In this document: positions 8,747-17,500 of the stretch, one piece after another
How positions within the stretch are numbered: the stretch's first letter is position 1
How the letters are laid out: every line of letters starts with the position of its first letter
NCBI GenBank assembly: GCA_035390665.1
Contig: DAOOUC010000002.1
Location: 60,001-92,000, forward strand
DNA length: 32,000 bases
Source: an archaeon
Lineage (GTDB): Archaea; Iainarchaeota; Iainarchaeia; Iainarchaeales; CSSED10-239
Direction: 5' to 3'
The notes under the pieces: model-generated
The model's input: the letters and a program-made list of their open reading frames with translations, nothing else
Databases searched by the model: none
Told to the model about the DNA's origin: nothing
Translations under genes and position numbers: made by a program

Positions 8747-8983
8747 TTAATTAATATATTCTTGCAGAAACTGGTCGAATTCGACCAGTTTGAAATCAGG
8801 GTTATTTATTTTTTCCCACAATCCTAAAAATCTAATTGTTTCTTTAGATCTAATCCAATTTTTAATAACATCAGCAGGATGGTCGGAATTTTTATATTTT
8901 GCAATATCTGTTAATGATATATAATCGTCTTCATTTTTTGTATAATAAGATATTTTTTTGTTTAAAACACTTATTTCATTCAT
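8747..8983 (-). CDS. Truncated KilA-N domain protein, 78 aa
   Basis: DDYISLTDIAKYKNSDHPADVIKNWIRSKETIRFLGLWEKINNPDFKLVEFDQF matches the N-terminal part of KilA-N proteins; terminates where full-length members continue. Confidence 0.75.
   Translation of the reverse strand: MNEISVLNKKISYYTKNEDDYISLTDIAKYKNSDHPADVIKNWIRSKETIRFLGLWEKINNPDFKLVEFDQFLQEYIN
8768..8791. repeat. 24-nt perfect palindrome
   Basis: AAACTGGTCGAA|TTCGACCAGTTT read directly from rows 8761-8820; lies in the 3' end of the KilA-N ORF. Confidence 0.95.
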
Positions 8984-8984
8984 G

Positions 8985-9983
8985 TTAATCTCCTTTGATT
9001 ATCTTTTTTAATTCTTCTTTTGTAGGCAAGAGCTTAATTATTTTTTCAGGAATCTTATATGTAGAAACACCAATTGGTTTATTTGTGTCTCTTAAAGTAT
9101 ATTCTACAATTGTTCTATTCTTGTCTTTACAAATAATTATTCCAATGGATTTATTCTCTCCGTTGATTCTTGCGAGGTCGTCTAGTGCAGAAAGATAAAA
9201 TTGCATTTTACCAACATATTCTGGCTTGAAGTTACCAATCTTAAGATCAATTGCAATTAGGCATCTTAAAGTTCTGTGATAGAGTAAAAGGTCTATAAAA
9301 AATTCGTCTCCACTAATCTCTATTCTATATTGGCTTGCAACAAAACAAAAGTTATTTCCTAATTCTGAAAGTAGATTTTTGATATTTCCAACTAATCCTT
9401 TTTCCAACTCTTTTTCAAGATGTTCTTCTTTTAATTCTAGAAAATCAAAAGTATATTCGTCTTTTACAACAAATTTAGATTGTGCTTTTATTTTAGTAGT
9501 GATTGTTTTATCAAAATTAGTTTGGTTAAGTAAATACTTTTCATAAGTTTGGTTTTCTATTTGGTGTACTAGTACATTCTTTGTCCAGTTGTTAGTTTTT
9601 GTTTGTTTAAGATAAAATTCTTTTTCTTCATCACTTTTACATTTTTCCATAACCCTTAAATTTTTAGTCCAGCTTATTTCTGCAACCAATGGTCGCAGTT
9701 TTGGTTTATTATGATATTCAAAGTAAAATTGGCGCATACTCCACAAATTTCTCTCAGAAAACCCACTAATCCCAGGAAATTCTTTTTGTAAATCCAGAGC
9801 TAACATTTCAATAACTGATTTCCGCCAACCAAGTTGTTTTTGTTTTTCTACAATTCTTTTTCCAATATCCCAATAGAGATTAATCAGTTCTTTATTTACT
9901 GCTCTTAATGCCTCGTACTGCGCAGAAGTAATTCTTTCTTTTATTTCTTTTAAAAAATTTAAATATTCTTTTTGTTTACCCAT
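8985..9983 (-). CDS. YhcG/DUF1016 family PD-(D/E)XK nuclease-like protein
   Basis: EALRAVNKELINLYWDIGKRIVEKQ...GFSERNLWSMRQFYFEY...NQTNFDKTI...FFIDLLLYHRTLRCLIAIDLKIGNFKPEYVGKMQFYLSALDD is the diagnostic DUF1016 arrangement. Confidence 0.93.
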   Translation of the reverse strand: MGKQKEYLNFLKEIKERITSAQYEALRAVNKELINLYWDIGKRIVEKQKQLGWRKSVIEMLALDLQKEFPGISGFSERNLWSMRQFYFEYHNKPKLRPLVAEISWTKNLRVMEKCKSDEEKEFYLKQTKTNNWTKNVLVHQIENQTYEKYLLNQTNFDKTITTKIKAQSKFVVKDEYTFDFLELKEEHLEKELEKGLVGNIKNLLSELGNNFCFVASQYRIEISGDEFFIDLLLYHRTLRCLIAIDLKIGNFKPEYVGKMQFYLSALDDLARINGENKSIGIIICKDKNRTIVEYTLRDTNKPIGVSTYKIPEKIIKLLPTKEELKKIIKGD

Positions 9984-10022
9984 AGATATATTACTCTATC
10001 AAAACAGGAGTCATTTCCGGGA

Positions 10023-10133
10023 GGGTAGATGTCCAGTGGGTTGTTTATAAATCTTTGTTGTTTTTTTGAAATTTTACATCGTATTAATCTCAAAATCACA
10101 AAATTGTTTTTCTCGCACTGGACAACTGGTCCC
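10023..10133. repeat. Intergenic inverted repeat TGTCCAGTG / CACTGGACA with additional outer GGG/CCC
   Basis: 10030-10038 TGTCCAGTG and 10116-10124 CACTGGACA are perfect reverse complements; GGG at 10023-10025 and CCC at 10131-10133; locally more GC than flanks. Confidence 0.5.
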
Positions 10134-10167
10134 AAAAACTATATATATTCTTTTAATCATAAATCTA

Positions 10168-11384
10168 TTATGAGATACTCACATTCAAGAATTGAAACTT
10201 TTAAAAGTTGTCCAAAGAAGTTCTATTTTCAATATATTGAAAAACCAGAGATAGAAGAAAAGAAAGGAATTGAAGCTTTCTTAGGTTCTATGGTTCATCT
10301 TGCTTTAGAAAAGCTCTATAAAGATTTAAAGTTTACAAAAGTTAATTCTTTAGAAGAAATACTAGATTATTATTCTGAAGAATGGGAAAAGAATTTTGAT
10401 TTAACAATAGAAATTGTAAGAACAGAATATACTCAAGAACACTATAAAGAAATGGGCAAAAGATTTCTAACTGATTATTATAATAAATATAAACCCTTTG
10501 ATCAAGGAAAAACCTTAGGTTTAGAAATGGAAATTAATCTAAGATTCTTGGATAATTTTGGAAATGTTTTTGATTTAATAGGTTACATTGATAGATTAAC
10601 AATGGTAACAGAAGAGTTTTTTGAAATACACGATTATAAAACAAACGCGCACACAAAAACACAAGAAGAAGTTGATAAGGATAATCAACTAGCACTCTAC
10701 ACAATAGCAATAAAAAGAATGTATCCTACAGTTAAAAGAGTAGATCTTGTTTGGCATTTTCTAGAGTCTGGTTTAGAAATGAGATCTACAAGAACAGATA
10801 AGGAATTAGAAACCCTAGAAAAAGAAATAATTGAATCAATAAAAGAAATTGAAAGAAAAACAACAATAAATGATTTTCCAACAAAAGAAAGTGCTTTATG
10901 TGATTGGTGTAGTTATAAAGAATTATGCCCTGCAAAGAATCATCTTTTTATGCTAAAGAAACTACCAGAAAATGAGTATCTAAAAGAAGAAGGAGTAAAG
11001 CTTGTTGAAAGATATCTAGAGTTAACAAAAGAAAAAAAAGAAATTGTAGATAAGATTGATCCAGAGATAGAGAAAGTTAAAGAGGCATTAGTCAATTACT
11101 CAAAAACCCACAATTCGGAAAGGGTCTATGGTCCTTTTGGTAACTCCATTCTTGTTAAAGAATATAGTAATTTTACAATTCCAGAAAAAGGAACAAAAGA
11201 AAGAGAACTTTTTGAGAAGAAATTAAGAGAATCTGGTCTTTGGGAAATAATTGCAGAAGTAAATTCTTTTAATTTTTCTAAAGCAATTTCAGATGGGATA
11301 TTAGAAACAGATTTTTTAAAAACAATAGAGCCACTAATAACTAAAGGAAAAACAACAAGACTTTATCCAAGTTTCAAAAAGTAA
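10168..11384 (+). CDS. RecB/Cas4-like PD-(D/E)XK nuclease with putative Fe-S cysteines
   Basis: MRYSHSRIETFKSCPKKFYFQYI start, GSMVHLALEKLY, DLIGYIDRL...EIHDYKTN, QLALYTIAI and C-terminal CDWCSYKELC. The ORF-track start at 10029 is probably too far upstream. Confidence 0.85.
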
Positions 11385-11423
11385 ATGTTTATAAATCATT
11401 TTTTGTATTATATTTTAGATAAC

Positions 11424-12551
11424 ATGGACGATAAAAATCAGATAAATATCCTAAACAGAAAATCACTTAATGTCAAAGAAGAAGATATAAAAGTTAAGGA
11501 AATTTCTAAAAAACAAATAAAGACAAAAATTGATCAAATATCAATATCTAATCCTAAAACAAAAAAAGAAATCACAAAACCAGAAGTTAAAGAAAAAAAA
11601 CCAATAACTATTAAAGAAATTATCTTTAGAATAACTAATTTCTTTGTAAGATTACCAACTTTTTTTGCAAGATTTTTAAGTACTTCTGGAAAGTTTATTT
11701 ATTATTCAATATTAGGAACAATGGTAAGTTTTTGTTTTGCAATTCTTTTATTTCCTGAAAATCCAGGATTATTTTCTGTTTTCTTTTTAACTATTTTTCT
11801 TGCTCCTTTTGTTATAAAAGAAATTAATCTAAATATCTTGCTAGTTGGAAGAACAAAACAAGTAGAACATAAAGGTGTAACAATTACAAGCTTTAAGATA
11901 AAAGACAATGAGCAATTCTCTTTAGAGGAATTCTATGAAGAAAACAGAAAAATGCTTTCTGCTTATTTTTTCTTTTTCTTAGGAATAATGCTTGTTGTTA
12001 TTGCTTTAATTGTTTTTATGCCAATAAGTCATTCATCAATTTTATTTAGTCAACAAGGTTGGAGTAATGCGTTAATGCCAACAAAAGATATTGGTTTTGA
12101 AGGGATAGATAAATGGGGCGTTTTCTTTGAGATTTTTAAAAATAATTTTTCAGTAATGATTGTTAGTTTCATTGTGGCTTTGGTTTTTCCATTGGGTGCA
12201 TTGTTGATGATAGTGTGGAATGCAATGTACTGGGCTGTTGCGTTTACACAATATGCTGTTGTTTATAGTTCTTCATATAATGTTAATCTTTTGTTTATTT
12301 TGTTGCCTTTGTTATTAAGTGTTGCCTTACACACACTTATAGAAGCCATATGTTATTTCTTTGCAGCAATGTCAGGAAGTACACTTTCTATTGGTTTTCA
12401 GAAGGAAAAATTAGATTCTGATAGATTTTTTTATATTTTTAAATATTGTTTAATATTAATGGCTTTTGCTGTTTTTTTCTTGATTTTAGGTTCTGTTGTT
12501 GAGGTATTTGTTTTTGATTTTTTAAAGAATTTTTTCTTTTCTTTTTTCTAA
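11424..12551 (+). CDS. SpoIIM-like (stage II sporulation protein M family) membrane protein
   Basis: Multipass region with ENRKMLSAYFFFFLGIMLVVIAL...FEIFKNNFSVMIVSFIVALVFPLGALLMIVWNAMYWAVAF...HTLIEAICYFFAAMSGSTLS, typical of SpoIIM/DUF95. Start MDDKNQ preferred over 11385. Confidence 0.75.
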   Translation: MDDKNQINILNRKSLNVKEEDIKVKEISKKQIKTKIDQISISNPKTKKEITKPEVKEKKPITIKEIIFRITNFFVRLPTFFARFLSTSGKFIYYSILGTMVSFCFAILLFPENPGLFSVFFLTIFLAPFVIKEINLNILLVGRTKQVEHKGVTITSFKIKDNEQFSLEEFYEENRKMLSAYFFFFLGIMLVVIALIVFMPISHSSILFSQQGWSNALMPTKDIGFEGIDKWGVFFEIFKNNFSVMIVSFIVALVFPLGALLMIVWNAMYWAVAFTQYAVVYSSSYNVNLLFILLPLLLSVALHTLIEAICYFFAAMSGSTLSIGFQKEKLDSDRFFYIFKYCLILMAFAVFFLILGSVVEVFVFDFLKNFFFSFF

Positions 12552-12619
12552 ACAAATTCCTTTATATTTCTTTTTTTATATAAATATATTTAGTATTTCT
12601 ATTTTTAGGAGGAATAATT

Positions 12620-13669
12620 ATGAAACATAAAAATAAAGAATCTGAAGAAGCTATAACAAGCCCACATCATTCTAAGAAAAAATTATTTATTTGGCAAATA
12701 ATTAGTGGAATATTATTTGTTGCATTAGTTATTACAATATTATTAGCCGTTATAAAACCAAATACAGATAATAAACTAGTTAATACAACAGAGACCACTG
12801 AAATAAATCAAAAAATAGTAACAGATACTGTTTCTTTTTTAAAAGATGCTTTTAGTCTTACAGATATAATAGTTAAAGACACAGTAATAGAAGACGGATT
12901 ATATAAAATAACTATATCAATAGAAGATCAAGAAATACCAATATATACAACTCTTTCTGGAGAAAATTTAATAATTCCTGGAATGGGTTTATTAAATAAA
13001 AAAGAAGCATTAGCACAAAAAGAAGAATCAGAAAAACCAGCAGAGGTTCAAAAATCAGATAAACCAAAAGTAGAAGTATTTGTAATGTCTCATTGTCCAT
13101 ACGGTACACAAATGGAAAAGGGATTAATTCCTGTTATTGAAACATTAAATGATAAAGCAGACATAGAAATTAAGTTTGTTGATTATGCAATGCATGGTAA
13201 AACTGAAGTTGATGAAGAATTAAATCAATACTGTATAAACAAAGAAGAACCAGAGAAATATATTCCTTACTTAAAGTGTTTCTTAGAGGAAGGAAAGACT
13301 GCTGATTGTTTAACAAGAGCTGAAATTGATACAACAAAAGTAAATGCTTGTCTTTCACAAACAGACACAGAATATAAAGTTACAGAATTATTTAATGATA
13401 AATCAACTTGGCAAGGCGGACAATTTCCACAATTTAATATTTACAAGGAAGAAAATGAATTATATGGCGTACAAGGCTCTCCAACAACAGTTATTAATGG
13501 TGTAAAAGTAGACAATATGCCAAGAGATTCTGCAGGGATATTAAACCAAGTTTGTTTAGCTTTCAATAATCAACCAGAAGAATGTCAAACAGAATTAAGT
13601 TCAACTGCCCCAAGTGCAGGATTTGGTTATGAAAGCACAGGAACAAATAATGCTGCAAGTTGTAGTTAA
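12620..13669 (+). CDS. Membrane-anchored thioredoxin-fold protein with CPYG motif
   Basis: N-terminal TM segment, KVEVFVMSHCPYGTQMEKGLIPVIETL, later GVQGSPTTVINGVKV (cis-Pro loop-like) and several additional cysteines. Confidence 0.75.
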   Translation: MKHKNKESEEAITSPHHSKKKLFIWQIISGILFVALVITILLAVIKPNTDNKLVNTTETTEINQKIVTDTVSFLKDAFSLTDIIVKDTVIEDGLYKITISIEDQEIPIYTTLSGENLIIPGMGLLNKKEALAQKEESEKPAEVQKSDKPKVEVFVMSHCPYGTQMEKGLIPVIETLNDKADIEIKFVDYAMHGKTEVDEELNQYCINKEEPEKYIPYLKCFLEEGKTADCLTRAEIDTTKVNACLSQTDTEYKVTELFNDKSTWQGGQFPQFNIYKEENELYGVQGSPTTVINGVKVDNMPRDSAGILNQVCLAFNNQPEECQTELSSTAPSAGFGYESTGTNNAASCS

Positions 13670-13689
13670 AGGAAAAGTATTTTTCCTTT
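13668..13689. terminator. Likely bidirectional terminator hairpin
   Basis: AAAGGAAAA-GTAT-TTTTCCTTT, 9-bp perfect stem filling the gap between convergent genes and flanked by A-rich/T-rich tracts. Confidence 0.65.
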
Positions 13690-13690
13690 T

Positions 13691-13951
13691 TTATTTTTTC
13701 TCAAATAACAATTTTAGTGCTTCTTCTTCTGTTATGCCTTTGGCTTTTGCAAATCTTTGAATTATTTCTTTTATTACAAATTTAGTATAGTCTTTATTTC
13801 CTTTTCTTAGTATAAATTCGTTTCCATGTATATCTTTAAACTTTATGTGCTTGTGATTTACTTCATCTGCCTTAAATCCATTTCTTTCAAATGCTTTTCT
13901 AAGTTGAACAGTTGTTATTACAGGAATTTTTGCGTAATTTAGTTTAGGCAT
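13691..13951 (-). CDS. HicA/YcfA-like small protein
   Basis: TTVQLRKAFERNGFKADEVNHKHIKFKDIHGNEFILRKGNKDYTKFVIKEIIQRFAKAKGITEEEALKLL resembles the HicA-like dsRBD fold; no HicB partner adjacent. Confidence 0.5.
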   Translation of the reverse strand: MPKLNYAKIPVITTVQLRKAFERNGFKADEVNHKHIKFKDIHGNEFILRKGNKDYTKFVIKEIIQRFAKAKGITEEEALKLLFEKK

Positions 13952-13957
13952 AATTAA

Positions 13958-14512
13958 TCATTCTAATTTATAGTTTTTTTTAATTTCTTCTAAAGTTATT
14001 TCTATAAATTTTTCAATAGGTAAATCAAGTGTTTTTTCACACAAATAGATTTGTTCTCTATTAACACCACAAGCAAAATACTTGTCTTTTAGTTTTTTAA
14101 TTATTGATTTTGTTTCTGCTTTTGTAATATCCTTATCTGGTCTCATCAAGACATAAGCCCTAATGATTCCAGTTAAACCATCAAGAGAATAAAGAGCATG
14201 TTGTAATTTTGTTTTTCTTTCAACACCAACCGCTTCATTATGGCTTTTGATGTCGTCAATCAGCTCTTGGTTAATTCCTTTTTTCTGAAGAATCTTTTCA
14301 GCAACAAGTGTATGTTGGTTGATATCTCCACCAAAACACTCTAAATCAAGATCATGAAGTAAGCCCACAACAAACCAATAATCTTTATCTTCTCCAAAGT
14401 AATTTGCAAGTCCTTGCATACCAAAACCAACAAGATAGCAATGTTCAAGATTTGCTTTTTCTTTAAGATGTTCTTTAAGCAAAGTGATTGTTTCTGTTCT
14501 GTTAGGAATCAT
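13958..14512 (-). CDS. HD-domain phosphohydrolase-like protein
   Basis: HCYLVGFGMQGLANYFGEDKDYWFVVGLLHDLDLE...HTLVAEKIL...IKSHNE; HD dyad in GLLHDLD. Confidence 0.85.
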   Translation of the reverse strand: MIPNRTETITLLKEHLKEKANLEHCYLVGFGMQGLANYFGEDKDYWFVVGLLHDLDLECFGGDINQHTLVAEKILQKKGINQELIDDIKSHNEAVGVERKTKLQHALYSLDGLTGIIRAYVLMRPDKDITKAETKSIIKKLKDKYFACGVNREQIYLCEKTLDLPIEKFIEITLEEIKKNYKLE

Positions 14513-14523
14513 AATTAATCAAA

Positions 14524-17500
14524 TTAATTAGTAAAAGGGTAAGTTAATCCATTTCCATTATTATAAAGCGTTGATATCTCTTCTGGAGTTAGTGTTCTTG
14601 TCCAAATACCAACTTCATCAACAGATCCATTTAAATCATAAGAAGAACTATCTTGCATACGCGCAATTCTTGTAGCAGTAGAATCTAAATTAAGCGAGGT
14701 TCTATTTACAGAGATCTTTTCAATACCATTAACAAATACTCTAATTGCACTTGTTGTGGAATTATAAGTCATAGCAATGTGAGTCCATTCTGCAATAGTA
14801 TTAACTCCTGTTGCCAAATCATATGCATAAAATCCTCCAGAATAAGAATTATTTGCGGTATTACTATTTGCATAATCATATGCTCCGGCGCCACCAATAA
14901 ATCCAATATGTGCTCCAAGATCAGCAGTAGATTTACCAATAGCAACAGCACCTTGTGTAGTATTTGTATTTAATTTAACCCAAGCACTTAATGAAAAATC
15001 AGTATTACCTGTAATTGTATTATTTCCAAGATTGACATAGTCTCCAGCTCCATCAAAGGTATATGCAGTTCCTATTTTTCCTGTTTGATTCTGTAATGTG
15101 TTACCTGCAATTGTTCCATTTCTAAATCCAGTACTATCTAAAACTGAACCAGAAGTTTCATCAAGATTATAATATGATAAAAGTCCAGTAGTAAGATTAC
15201 GATCATTATTAGAAATATTGTAATCTAAATTAACTGTATTAAACATCTTGTTGATGTCTTGATCATCAAATGATCTATTGTATAGTCTGAAATATTTCAT
15301 TGATCCTTTTGTATTTGTTATATCATCTTTTGAAGCAATACTCATTAACCAAGTTTTTGTATCAAAATTAAAGCAATTAAGATTTACAGAAATATCAATA
15401 CAGTTTTCTTTTTTACCATTAATATAATAACACAGATTCTTTCCTTTTCTTTGAATAACAAGATGTGTTGGTTTATCTTGAGAAATAGGCACAACTGAAG
15501 CAAAAGAAAATGGTAAATAACTATATCCAGAGGCATAACCATTATTTTCAGTTAACATATCTGATTTATTTCTTCTAACAACCCTGTTATTTAAGGTATC
15601 TCCAACATATATGTAATCATTATCTACAGAAACACTGGCAGGGTTATAAAAATTTAAATAGCCTTGACCGTAATTTCCAATTTTTCCTATATAAGATAAA
15701 TCTCTTTTATCAAACACCATTATTCTATTATTTGCATAATCTGCAGCATAAAGATAGTTCTCATCTAAAGCAAGTTCATATGGCGCACCATAGACATATT
15801 GATTATAACTTTGTGTAAAATATCTTCCATCAAAATAATTTTGATCATATCCAGTTATCTTTGCAACAACTATATAATCGCTTTTCCTTATTTTTTTAAT
15901 AGAAAAAGACAATGTTTCAGAAACATAAAAATAATTCTCATCAACGGCCACACCGTATGGTCCATAATAACTATTTCCGTGCATTCCATAATCTCTTGCA
16001 ATAAATGATAAATCTGATTTATTGTGTATCTTAATACTTCCAGAAGAATAATCTGCAATAAACAACTCATTTCCAAAAAGATTAATACCGTATGGGCCAT
16101 AAAATTGATTATTTCCCGTACCTGCACTTGTTCCTCCAATACCGCTCACAAACGACAAATCACTGGCTAATAATTTTTTAATTCTATGATAACTTGCATC
16201 TGTAACATAAACGTTTGTCCCATCAGAGGCAACACTATAAGGATTATAGAACTTATCGGTTGTGGCTCCAAGAAGTGGACCACCGAAACGTGCAAGAAAT
16301 GAAAAATCGGTTTTATTTCTTTTTACTACACTATGATTTGCAGTATCTACGACATAAATAGAATTATCATCTACAAAAACCCCTCTTGGATTAAGATATT
16401 GATTTTCTCCAAATGATCTTTCTCCATATGTTCTTAAATAATTAAGATTAGTATCAAGTACTTGTATTCTGTAATTGCCAGTATCAGGAACATATATCTC
16501 TCCATTACAAATACTTAATCTTCCGGGACTATAGAAACTGTTGTTGTCGTTATTATATGTCGTTCCTCCAAGCTTACCAATATATTGGTATGTAAACTTA
16601 TTATATTTAACAATTCTGTGATTAGTATAATCAGAGACATAAATATAATTATCATCGACAGTAATCCCATCAGGATTTCTAAAATAATTTGCGTCTCCTG
16701 TTCCAGAAGTTCCAAACATTGTTACATAAGCATACGGAGAATTTTTATTATGTATTTTGATTCTATTATTTGTATAATCTGCAACATAAATATAATTGTT
16801 ATCTACTGCAACATCTTGTGGACCATTAAAATTTGCAGTTCCTGAGCCAACGGTTCCAAATTGATTAACATAAGATAAATCTGATTTATTATGTATCTTA
16901 ATTCTATTGTTACTGGTATCTGCAACATAAACATAAGTACCATCTACTGCAACACCTCGGGGGTATGTAAAATTTGTGTTTCCAGTACCGGAACCACCAA
17001 TAGCAGTAATTTTAGATAAATCAGATATATTTCTTTTAGTTAGAATGTGTGCTGAATAATCAGTTTGATAAATATAATTTTCATCAACAGCAATTCCTGA
17101 AGGTGTAGAAAAATCATTTGGATAAGTAGGGGATGCAGACAAATATTGTCTTCCATTTACTACTTCTGCAGTTCCCGTAGTTTTATTTAATTTTACTAAT
17201 CTGTTATTAGCGGTGTCTGTAATATAAAGATAATTCGTATCACAAGAAACAGCATTTGGTTGGTTATATTGATTATTATTCATTGCACCGAAGTTATTAT
17301 TGTCATATAGAGCCCCACTAATTAAAACATTTTGATCAATTAAATTTCTGTCATAAACAACAATTCTTCTATTTGCTGTGTCAGTAACATAAATTTTATC
17401 AGGAGAGACAGCAACACCCCAAGGGCCATATAATTCTGAAGGCATATACCCTAATGTTCCAAAAGTTGCCATGTCACTTAAAAAGAAATTATTTTTGTTA

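Noticed and set aside
8747-8983. KilA-N ORF as a frameshifted pseudogene of a longer gene
   Set aside because: Only 24 nt separate its stop from the RadC start, so the missing C-terminal part is not present in another frame nearby; a deletion or genuinely short form is more likely than a simple frameshift.
10029-10167. N-terminal extension of the RecB/Cas4-like ORF
   Set aside because: MSSGLFINLCCFFEILHRINLKITKLFFSHW... does not look like a nuclease N-terminus and overlaps the intergenic inverted repeat; MRYSHSRIETFKSCPKKFYF is the typical start.
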